NCBI GenBank assembly: GCA_012295275.1
Contig: CM022673.1
Span: forward strand, 3,162,001 to 3,226,000
DNA length: 64,000 nt
Reading direction: 5' to 3'
Source of the DNA: Chrysomallon squamiferum
Taxonomy: Eukaryota; Animalia; Mollusca
Shown here: positions 29,307-41,712 of the stretch, piece by piece
Position numbering within the stretch: the first letter of the stretch is position 1
How the letters are laid out: the number at the start of each line of letters is the position of its first letter
The notes under the pieces: model-generated
Seen by the model: only the letters and a program-made list of their open reading frames with translations
Databases searched by the model: none
Told to the model about the DNA's origin: nothing
Position numbers and translations under genes: made by a program

Positions 29307-31025
29307 GAGAGAGAGAGAAAACCAGAAAAAAATAAAATAAGACAGAAAGAGAAATGAGAGGGAGAGAGAGAGAGAGAGAGAAAAAAAAAATGGGGAAATA
29401 TGAAAAAGATAAGAGAGAAACAGAAATGAGAATAGAGAGAGAAAGAGAAAGAGATTATGCACATCAAACTATTTTGTGGTTGAGTACTTCACCTCTGAAG
29501 TTAAATAAAAAAAATAAAAAGTAAACATGTCACACATATAAAGTCACATCTAACAAAAAACACGCACCTTGACTAAAAAAATAAACAAAACATGCTTTAG
29601 TTACCAGGAAGTTATGTACTAAGTTTTAAACTTTTCAACAAAGGAGTATTTGCCTTTCAAAAAAAAAAAAAAAAAAAAAAATATATGTCTCATGTATTTA
29701 AATTTCTAACTATTATGATAAATAAAACATAGAGACACTCAAACAAATGTATATTAATCCTGTTAAAGAACATATAATGAATATTTATAAAATGCTTTTG
29801 GTGAAAATACCTATTCTGCATCATTTTCTGCTTTTTGTGAATCATTCACAATGCATACACACACACACATACACATCAGTTTATCAACAGGTGTGTGTGT
29901 TTGTGTGTGTGTGTGTGTGTGTACTAATCTGATATACATTCATAGTATTATAGAAAAACTATTTTTTTTCCCTTTTTGGAAAATAGTTATTTTTTACTTG
30001 TCTTCCAGAAAAACAGTTTATACAGATATTGTTTGCCTGTACATTTTTAATGGTGTTTTGAGTAACAAAGTTTCCATAACACATATATCTTGTATTGCAT
30101 CATTGTATAATATTACCCACACTTGACAGTTTTCAAACAGAACATTTGTTATGCTGTTTCACCATAAGGTGTAAAGGTTTCCACATGAATTTGCTCTGTA
30201 CATGTAGTGAAAATAAAATTAAAATAATCAACAGAAGAACTGATAATAGATAAAATAAAAACTAAAAAAAAAAAAAAATTTAAAACAAAAAAAAAAAAGA
30301 AGAAGAAATAATTAAAAAAGTAATAATAATGAAAAAGTAAAAATAATAAATAATAAAAAAATTAAAATAAAATAATTAAAATTATAATAGAATAGAATAG
30401 AATAATAAAAAAATAATAATAAATAAAATAAAATAGAATAAAAAAAAAATTATAAAAAAAATTTAAAAAAAATAAATAAATGGTTACAGCTAATTCATCA
30501 GTAATTTTATTCAAGATCTTTCAGAAGAGATATTTTATTACTACATGTGGTTTATATTACATCACTGTTTGCATGTTTACACCTGACTTGTTTTAAATAG
30601 AACATTTAAAGTGTTGTGGGTTTTTTGGTGTGTTTTTTTACATCATTAAAGGTATCGTACAATTTTGAATTTTCTTTGTGTGAAGTGATAAAAAATTATG
30701 TAAAATATAAAGAAATAATTAAATAATGTAAGTTATAAGGTTTAAAAATTAATTTCAAAAATATGTTTATACTCTCTTCCTCTTTTTCTCCTGTTCCCTC
30801 ATTCTTTCTTTCTTTGTGTATATTTTTCTTTCTCTATCTTTTTTCACACTCACATTTGTTCCTCTATACATAAACAGCATATATATTTCATGATAATTTA
30901 TGTATATCTTAATTCCAGATAAATATGTGAAATATGCTAAAAACTTTTAAAACTGGTATTAAAATATTTTGTATAATTATTAACAACAAATTCTAAAAAT
31001 AAAAACAAATTTTTTTTGTTTCCAG

Positions 31026-31149
31026 GCTTATATGTTTGGCTACATGAACAGTGCATTTAATCCTATAATCTATGCGTTTCGAAGTCCGTCATTCAGAGAA
31101 GGGTACAAAGAAATTTTATGCCAAACTCCAACCTATATAGTTACTGATG
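31026..31149 (+). CDS. Same GPCR, coding exon 2 (TM7 with NPIIY, helix 8)
   Basis: ttccag|GCT...; translates AYMFGYMNSAFNPIIYAFRSPSFREGYKEILCQTPTYIVTD. Donor G|GTGAGT at 31150, phase 1. Absent from the ORF track. Confidence 0.95.
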
Positions 31150-33002
31150 GTGAGTATTCTCCCTTTTGTTTTAACTCTTTTTAAGTGAGATACATAAGTT
31201 ATACAATTGCTATTGAAGGATTCAAGTTAATGTTTTTAGAATTACTTATTTTATATTCATCTCATACTGTTGATATTGGAAAATTCAAGTTAACTTTTAG
31301 AATTATTTATTTTAAAATATAACTACTTTGTTTTCATCCAAAAAGGTGTTTAACAGTTTTGTTTGTATTAAATTGATGCTTGTATAAATAAACTGATTAT
31401 GTTGTTGTTGATAATGTTATAAAAAAAATTTAATTTTTTTTTTTTTTTTGAATATTGTTACAAAAAAAGAAAAGAAAAAAGAAAGAAGATATATATTTGG
31501 GTTTGTTTTTATTGCTAGTGACATTGCTAATATTATTGTATCATATTTCACTTAAAGGATTACTACTGTAGTAATTTTACACATACGTCTTATGTTACAT
31601 TGAAAATATTTGTTTCAGGGAATTTACTTCTTTTCATACAAAGCAACCATTAAAACTTGTAATATAATTTGAAACAATTTAAAATTTATTGCTATGTAAT
31701 TGTCCTTTTTATTTTGTCTTGAGTATTTTTTTTATTGTGAGAAGTGACAGGATTATTTTATTTTCACAGACTCATGTATGTTTGTGTTTGTATATGTACA
31801 TATATGTGCAAAAGTGACAGTGTGATTGATATAATTTTATACATATATAATGGCTACATTTGTTAAAGAAGAGGGAAAAGAAATATTTGCTGATCAGTGT
31901 TTTCTTTTAAGACATTAAAAGTCTTTCTTTTCCTCTGTGTTTTTATTTTTATTTATTATTACTTTTTTAATCATCTCTTTCTTAATTATTATTTACTATT
32001 TTATTATTATTAAGTTTTACACACATTATAATGTACACTAATATTGTTTGTGCTGGAGTGTCATTACATATTAATTCATTTAATTAATTAACTGACTTGT
32101 TTTTTTTGATACATCTGTTTTTAACGTAGGATAACTAAAAATTAAAGAAGACCAACCAGGAAAAAAAGACATTATTGTGATGTACATTTCTTTAATTATA
32201 TACACTGTGTATATATATCTATATCTACATCTGTATCTGCATTTAACTTTTATATCTGTGTTTATATTATACATAATATTATATGTGCAAAATTCAGCAT
32301 ATTTGCTAAATTAACGAATTGCAGATTTATCTTTTTAATTAGCTCATTAATTATTACTATTATTAGTATATATTATTATTATTACAGTAACCAAATTCAT
32401 TTTAATTTGATTTTCTTATTTACCAAGTTTGTTTTCTCCATTTTGAATTTTAAACTAACCAGAGACAGGTTTATCAAGTCTGGTCTTACTGTAAATGATT
32501 TATTTAATTTGATTTTATTACGTAGATTTATCAGATCCTTCTTAACTGTCACGTTAACCTAGCATGGATTTACCTGATCCTGTTTGACTGTAGGATTGAC
32601 TGACAGATACTTACCTAATCTGTCTTGACTATTTATAACGTGCTTCACAACAGCTTGCTCTGATTAGCATGTTAATTTTTTTCACTTCACTTCACGTCAC
32701 TATTTATAATTATTTACCTGTAAACTGATTACAACCGAATGCCATCCACAGACTACATGAAATTAACTTTAACAATAAAAAGAAATTAATTTAAACTGCA
32801 ATTAATATGAACAAAACAATTACATTGGGACTAAAATAAAAATAAAAATAGCTGTTTGTCTGGTATTTCTTTATTACATATACAATAAAATTGTAATTAA
32901 ATGCACAAATAGCAGAAGCTAGTTATAAATGGATGTTGCTTATGAGAAATTAATAACAGATGCTTATTATGTACAAACACAGTTAACTGAAGTTACATCT
33001 TA

Positions 33003-33250
33003 CAAATTCATTTTAGATAATGCATAACCTTAGAAATGCATTTAAAATAATATATAAAGTTGAAATTCATTTAAGGTAATATATAACAAAGAAATTCATT
33101 TAATATAATATTTAAATTGAAATTCATTTAAAATAATATTTAACATGAAATTCATTTAAAATAATGTATACACTAGAAATTCAGTTAAGGTAATATATAA
33201 CCACAGGAATTCATTCAAGTAATATAAAACCTTAGATACATTTAAGATAC
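33003..33250. repeat. Degenerate about 29-bp minisatellite
   Basis: About 9 copies of gaaattcatttaa(a/g)(a/g)taatatataa. Confidence 0.75.
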
Positions 33251-35560
33251 ATGCATGAACTAAAAATTAATTATCATGGCTTTCTTTTGTTACTGTTCGT
33301 GTTCATTAATGCATTTGTTTGGCATATCGGTTTGTTCTCATGCTGGTTTTGCAGTAAATGTGACAGAAATTGAAAACCCACCATTCATTTTAATAATTAG
33401 ATTTCCTCCCTGGAGTCCTGACCCAGCTACATAGATTAGTTTACGCAGATTAATCTAATTTTTCACAACTGGTGAAATATGTGCAAACTGGACATTGTAA
33501 GAGGCAGTTCACACTGTCAGTCAGTTCACACTCATAATCTTAATTCAAAATCTAATTAAAATGTATGAACTTATTGAAAATTATACGTTCAGTTCAAATT
33601 TACATCTTCAATTTCATTCAAAAAAGTTCAGTTTCCTAAAATTGTTTCAAATTAATTATTTAGAATATAATCACTTAATGATTATCAGCATGAAAGTGAT
33701 ACTCATTTCATCAGTGTGGATTTAGCAATACCTAATAACTATCAGTGTAGAATAAGCACATATTCATTCATTCAGTTAAAAAATTACGTAGCATCCACTA
33801 TTTTGACATTACCTGTTCCTATGTTTTGTCAAAACTGAATCTCCCATGCCTCACACCATATTTTCACCCATCTTGTGTAATCACTTTGTACTGTCTACTT
33901 CTGCCATAGTCCAGTCCAAAGTTCTTCTTTTAGAATACAATCCCCACTTTAGTAATGAAGAGGTTGACACATTTTTGGGTAGATCTTTCTCATATATTTG
34001 TTAAATGAAGTTGATTTAATATTCTTTTGAAGTTGAGAAATATAATAATTTAATTATTGGTTTATTATGTTTTAGCTGAAAATATGTAATACATAGATCT
34101 TCAGTAATAAAAAAAGAATAAAACAAACCCAAATAAAAACACAACAACAAAATAACAAAAAAATGAAAAAAAATCCCCAAAAACCCCTTTACACAAAAAT
34201 ATTGGTAAACAATAACAGCAACAACAATAACAAAATTTTCATATGTATAAATACTTTTACGTATAAAATAAAACTGAAGTAATTGGCTGCAGAATTTATG
34301 TACAGATTCCATTTTTTTAGTTAAAAATATGACTGTGTTTTGTACTCAGAGACACAGATTCTAACAACAATTAGATGTCTCTTCGCAAAGTAAAATAATT
34401 AGATAAACATAACATAAAAAGCAATATGTCTGAAGTTGAAAACATTTGAAGGTTAATTACCTTTATTTTAACATTTTTTGTAGTTCTTCTTAGATTTAGT
34501 GTAGTTGTTGCAATTTTTTTTTCGGCATGTAATTTTAAAGGATGGCAGTTATAACTGGAATTTTACAAAGCCGAAATAAAAAAAAAAAAAAAAAAATAAT
34601 AATAATAATAAAATAAATAAATAAATAAATAAATAAAACAACAACAACAACAACAACAAAAAAATCTACATTTAAAAAAGTAAACAAAATATAAAAACCT
34701 AACTAAAGGCACTAACAATAAAATTCAATAAATAATAAAGATTATATAAAAATTTTGTTTCAAAAATTAGTTTTGGTGTAGAGATTAAAATTAACATACT
34801 GGTTTAACAAACAAAAAAAAAAAAAAAAAATAAAAAAATATAACCCAGACCAAACAAAACAAAAACGTAGCATTTTGTATTTTGAAGACTGTATTGTAAA
34901 TACCATTACTGCTATATGATCAAATCTTAGGAAAAAAAAAAAAAAAGAGAGAACAGAAAATAAAGGGAATTAAAGAAGTAGCAACACAGATTTGGTTGAA
35001 CTGGGACTTTTTAGAGCACCAAGCAGTAGCATCTTATTTAGTTTTATTTCAGTCATGACACCTCAGCACTCGAAACTGTTAAAATTAAAAAAATGAAGAC
35101 AAACAATTTTCTTTATATTTCTTGCTTTTTATTATACATTTTCAATTATTTTCATTTAAAATATTTAAATAATAACCACAAAATTATGTTAGTTGTAATC
35201 ATAATTAGTTTTTATATTTGTTATTCTGTTTTAATGACTTAATGATAATGACACTCCAACTACATTAATCTACTGTGTTTTCAAAGTTCTTTCTTTTTTG
35301 TTTCTTTTTCTTTTCTTTTCTTGTTCTTTCCCTCTTTTGTCTTTTTTTTTCTCTTTTGTTTCATTTCATTTTTGCTTTCTTTTTGTCTGTTTGCATATTT
35401 TTGGTTTCATTGTCTTTTATGTTATTATAATAATATTTTTACATGTATTATTTTTATTATAATGATTATAAGTATAATGATTATTATTATTATTATTGCA
35501 ATGTTATTATTATTATTATTATTAATATTTTATTATAATGATTATAAGTATAATGATTAA

Positions 35561-35608
<48 letters not shown>

Positions 35609-38600
35609 ATTTTTAGGTGACAAAAACCAATTAATTTTGTTTTTTTCACAAAAGTTGGTTCTTCTTTTCACTGTGTGATGGTGAACTGGCATGTTAGTCA
35701 TTTTGAAAAAAAATATCTTAATTGTGTTTTTTGATTTTGACATTTTTTTCTCTGTGTTGTTTGCTATTTCAACAGGACCTATGGGAGAAATCCGTTGTAG
35801 AACTTTACGCATACGTTGTGATTCTTCACCAAATATTATTTAAATTGGAAATACGCACAGTTGTCAAGGTGACACAGCATGATTTGTTTTTAATGAGATG
35901 CAGTCTATATGTTTAGAAACCTAATTCTCAGTTTGACCTTTAAATTCCTTTAAACAACAAAAAAAGAAGTTTATCTGGAATGTTTAAAAATAGAAGAAAT
36001 TTCCCTGTTAGAATAAAAAGGAATGTTGTAATTTTTTTTAATTTTTTTTACCAAATATTGAAACTTGTGCTCATGAAAGTTAATAGTCTAATTTTAAGTC
36101 AAAGTTGGAATGGGCTATTACTCAGAATATTTGTCATAGTTTAACGAATCACATGATCTATCCTTCTTGAAGCATATTTACCCTTTTCCATCTAAGAAGG
36201 TTTTGGTAAATTCTGTTCTGTTTTATGTGAATACATTATTTTCTGTTTATGGGAAGGAGTAATTAAAAGATCCATAACTGCTGATAAGTAGAGATAGCCA
36301 ATAGAACAGTACACATCATTATTCAAATATTTTGAAATGTCTTTAAACTGAATATTTGCAAAAATTATTAAAAAAACATAAAAACAAAGTTAAAAAATAA
36401 AAGAGACAGAGAAAAAAGAAAAGATTTATTTTTATGTTGATATGTTAAGTAGATTTGTTCAACATTTCCATTAGAGCTTATTAACTTTGTAGAGTTCTGG
36501 AAAAATCTGTTTCTGCAACAGCACCAAAGGATGCTTAATTGCATCATCCCATAGATAAAAAAAAAAATAAAAAAAATAAAAAAGTGATTTATGTTTAAAA
36601 CTTAAGTTTAGACTTTACAATTTGTGAGCACAGTTCCAGATATTATTTATTTATTATTATTTAATTGCATGAATAATTATCCCTATGGCATTATATGTAT
36701 GTATATAAATACAAAAAATCCTTTGAAAAGATATTAATAGTTTATTTTCCTTTTTTTTTTTGTTGTTTTTTTCTGGAGCATAAACTGAAATTTTAGTTTA
36801 AATTTAATTAGAAGAAGGTATTTTAACATAATTAGGGAATTTAAATCGTTTTGTTTTATTAGGTAAACTAAAAAAAAAAAAAAAAAAAATTAATTAATTA
36901 ATTAAAAAAAAAGAGAGAAATAACAAACATACTTTACATAAATGAAGTTTTATTATTTTTGGCCTTTATTTTTACGCAACCCTTAAACAAAAAATTTCAA
37001 AAAGATTAATTGCATTCATTAACGTTATGTGTCTTAACCAGCTGTAAAGGAATGTTCTATAATTACTAATATAGAATAAAAAGGTAAAGAAATTTAAAAG
37101 GTGATTTCATAAAGATTTACTATCATTATTTTAAAATGTCTTGAAATTATTAATTTAAAAATATAAACTGCATCTCAGCACAGCACTTTTTGGATGATAA
37201 CAGATTTATTAGAAAAACATCTTAACTTGTGTTCAGTTGTTGTCTTTATATGGTATTCAAATTAATATAAAAAATACCCCATAGATGTGAGCATTTGTTG
37301 CATTTTTATTACCAATCTGTTTTGAGGATTTTTATATGAATTATTTTTTATTTTCTGAATGTTCTGTTTTTCCTTCTCTATTTTTTAACACACACACACA
37401 CACACACACATTTAATAAGTACTTATAACATTTTATAAACATTCACATTTGGAAATTTTGTAACCTCAAAAAATGAATACTCTATTATTATATGATATAT
37501 TGTCAACAGCTTGTTAATCTTGTTAATTTGAATGAATAGATCCTTTTCATACATGGGCAGAGGTATCAGATCATGTATTCAGCTTCCAGAAAACCACCTT
37601 TATTAATTAATATCAGTAAAATGCAGTTTCATTTTTTACTTTTAATTGTTTATTTTAATAATAATGTATTAAGCCTTTGGTCAAGAAATCAGAAAAATCC
37701 AAAAATTGGTACCAACTCTAGTCCCAGTCTTGCTGGATAAATAATTTGTATCTATATAATAAATTCCATTTTTATTTTTATTTTTGATGTTTTTTTTTAC
37801 AATCTCAGTGTGTATGATTACATTAAATAGCAATATAATGAACTGTATATATATATAATAATAATTAAATATTTTTTTATTTTACTGAGGAAATTTTTCC
37901 TTTTCAATATGATCATGTAAATAACAATGTACAAACTCTGTATGAACTGCATATGCTTCTATATGTCTTAATGAAGATCTTTGTGTGAGCAATCATGTGC
38001 ACAAGCATGCAACTAATATATAATTAATCATGTTACATCAATAATGCACATTGTTTTGCTTTCCCCTGTGAAGCAGGAAATTGATAAAAATAGTAACAAG
38101 AGTCAAAGATGTTTGTCCTGGTAATAGCCAAGTGTGAGAGCTGCATTTGCAAAAGTCTGTTACTGAAAATGAAGTGTAGAACTGAATTATGACAGTAGTA
38201 GCTGAAATAGTTATATAGCGGTTTTGAACATGAAAAATGAGAGTTGAACCTTTAAAATAAAGTGTGGAACAGAATCACGAAAATGGTGGCTGAAATAATT
38301 ATATGTTTTGAAAGTGAAATGTAAAACTGAAAGATGTCAGACTAAAAATGAAATATTAGCCTGAACATATTTAAAAAAAAAATGGAAACTGAAAATATAA
38401 AAACGAAGAAAGTAAACAAGATTGAATTTTATGTTACAAATATAATTTAATATATTTTTTTTATATTTTAGACTATTGCTGTGAGTTAAATTGTAAAAGA
38501 AAATTATTATTTGTGTTTAGTGAAATTTAAAAAATAAAAAATTAATATTATTTCTGTAATGACACTGATTTTTGTAAAAGAAAATTATTTTAGTTTACTT

Positions 38601-41404
38601 ATTTTTCTTCTTCTTATAACAAGTACACAGTTTGAATCCATTTGGTTATCATGCCAACCAATATTTGCAGTTACATATTGAACTTTTAACTAAGTGCTTC
38701 ATTTAACCATAGCATATATTAAAAAAATATGTTTCTTTTTAATATTTTAGCAATAGTGTTTTATTTATTGATTTATTGATTGATTGATTATTATGGATTT
38801 ATTGATTGATTGATTAATAGATGGATTTATTTATTTTTATTTATTCATTTATACATTATTGCAATTTTCAGTGCATTTTTGAATTTGCTACTGTATAACA
38901 GTAGTAGTTTAGTTTTTCCATTATCACTAACAGTTCTATTTTTTCTTTCTTATTTATACCAACTTTTCAGCCAGCCATTCCAACAGGAGATGTGTGGAAA
39001 AATATAATTTGCAAGGCACATCTTCATGTGAACAAGGTTAACTTTCTGTTGTCAAACATGTAATGCTTGGTGTCACTTCATTTGCTGAATTATTTCTTTT
39101 TGTGTCTTTTTTTGTGTAGTTAGGTTTACGTTGTTTTTGTTTTGTCTTTTGATTCATTTCCTTTTAAAATCTTCTGTTTATATAATTCTAGATCAGTTCA
39201 TCTGAATTTCCAACATTATTTAAACAATTCTCTTCATCCATCTGTCCATCCATCCATCCATTCATCCATTAATTCATCCATCTCTCCACTGTTGTTATCC
39301 CATCACAAATATAATCATCATATTTAGTATCACCAACTTCATTTCTTTTCAGTTTTTATTATCATCTTAGTCACTGTGACATCATCATCATTATCATCAC
39401 TACCATCATTCCTTTGATCTTCCTTACAACTCATCATGACAACCAAATCATCATCATAATCGGAATTATCATTTCTTCTATTCTGTAATTTTGCATTTTT
39501 CCAACACAAAAGAGTATCTTTTGATCAGCTTAATACTAATCTTCTTAATCTGATGTAATAATTACTTGATACAGGACCCTTGATACACGTTTTACAAGAT
39601 CTCTTCATATCCAGCTAAATGCCTCTCAAAGAATTCTTAGTAGATTTTAACATTGTTTCAGTTCTGAACCTTGGTTACACAGTGATTAGTTTTCACTATA
39701 ATTACTGCCATAATTTTATTTTAATAGCCTCAGCACCATAAAGCACAGAAAATAGCCAAGGATTATTGACTTAATTGTTACAAGCCTGTTGTTATCTGAG
39801 TTATGTTACTGTTAATGTCATTCAGCTGAAACTAATTGCATGTTGGACAGGATTTATGCTGTTTGTTTGGCTGTTAGGTTTACACAGAACTAAACACAAA
39901 GACACCTTTAAGGGCCTGTTTTGTGATAGGTTTCTATCAATCTCTGTTTCTCTCTCACACATACACATGCAGAGAAATCCAGACACAGACATAAACACAC
40001 TTTATCACACAAACCTGGAAAACAGCCAGTTTCATTTCAAATTAATTGAAACCAAAAAATATTTAAAAATTTAAAACTACATAGCATGAAATTCATCAAG
40101 TAAAACGTTTATTAAAAATCATTTAATAAAATTAAAAAATAACATTAATTTCATTATATAACAAGAAAATATGTTAGAGATAAATTCATTTGAAAATAGG
40201 GGAAAACACTTAAGGGCTATGTACCTAAAAGACTAATTAACACATAAACTGATTAGATTTAAACTCCAAAAATATGTTAGAGACGAATTCAGATGAAAAA
40301 AAATTAAAACTTAAGCAAGTTACCAAGCAGAAAAACTGACTAACGGACAAAATAACTAGATTCAAATTAGGATAATAGTCACAATGTCTAATTTGATTTC
40401 TGCTTGCTAAAACAATCAAAGTTAGATAGTGATTAGACGAATAAGTATATAAATATTGAATCTGGAAGAGGAATACATTTGTAATTTAGGTCTCAGCTTG
40501 ATTCTGCTATGAAAAACGTTCTAAGTGGATTTTAGTGTATTGATTAGTCTAAAATGCTTTTATTTTGGTTCCAGGGAAAGCTATACACATGAGGTAAAAT
40601 GAAAAACGATATCAAAGAGCTGGTAAATTTAGCCAAAACACAAACATAGGACTAGAGAAAACATTTTAAAACAAAAAACATATGGTCTCCTGTTTAATAC
40701 GCCAAGTTAAACACACGGAGAGAAAATACAGGTTAAAAAACGGACATCATGTAGACATTTTTGACCAAATTCCAAAAGACTTTTAAATTTAACCGAAAGA
40801 ACATTTTTCTCTTTGTTTTAAATCTGTTGATTCCCTATTCTTCTCTTCTTAACATTTTTTATTTTTTCTGTAATTGTTCTTTGTTCTTTCTCCTACTTTT
40901 CTTTCTTTCTTTCCTTCATTTTTTCCTCTTTTTTTTTTTTTTTTATTAATATTCCTTCTTTCATAATATTTTTCCTTTTTGGCTTTCTTTCATTTTTTCT
41001 TTTTTTTTTCTTTAACTACTTTTTCTTTATTTTTTTTCCATTACTTTTTATTTTATTTTTACCAATTCTTTTCTATCTTTTTTTTTTAATTCATTTTCTT
41101 CTCTTTATTCCTTATTTTTTATCTTTATCTTAACTTTTTCTTTTTTTAAAATATATTTTTCTACACATTTTGTTTAGATTAGTCAGGGAAAAACCTAAAC
41201 ACACACACAGTCAATACAAATCTCATTATTATAAAGTTATCAACACAGTGACAGCAGACATTGATTGAATGTATAGAACTCAAGGAAAACCATTGATCAG
41301 TGAAGTTCTGTTTTTTCAACTCGAGATCTCTCAACTCTGCAACTTCTGTCTCTTTTTCTCAAGAGACATGTTGTATTTTCTATGAACCTATTTCTTCTTT
41401 TGAT

Positions 41405-41712
41405 ATTTTTATTTACTTTTTTTTTTTTTTAAATATTATTTGTATTTGTTGTCATAGTGACATGAAAAAAAAAAATTCTAATTATAGTTAAAAAAAAATT
41501 GATTTCAAAACAAAATAATTTTTATTTACCTTTTTTCCAAATATTATTTGTATTTGTTGTCAGAGTGACATGAAAATAATATATATTTATAATTATAGTT
41601 AAAAAAATTGATTTCAAAACAAAATAATTTTTATTTACTTTTTTCCAAATATCATTTGTATTTGTTGTCATAGTGACATAAAAAAAATATCTTTAATTAT
41701 ACTGTTAAAAAA
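41405..41712. repeat. About 110-bp tandem triplication in the GPCR intron
   Basis: aaatat(t/c)atttgtatttgttgtca(t/g)agtgacat..aattata..gttaaaaaa repeated three times. Confidence 0.85.

Noticed and set aside
27199-31149. Opsin or aminergic receptor assignment
   Set aside because: No Lys at 7.43 (Tyr) and no Asp at 3.32 (Asn).
33003-33250. CRISPR-like array (about 29-bp period)
   Set aside because: Eukaryotic intron, degenerate head-to-tail units, no unique spacers and no cas genes.
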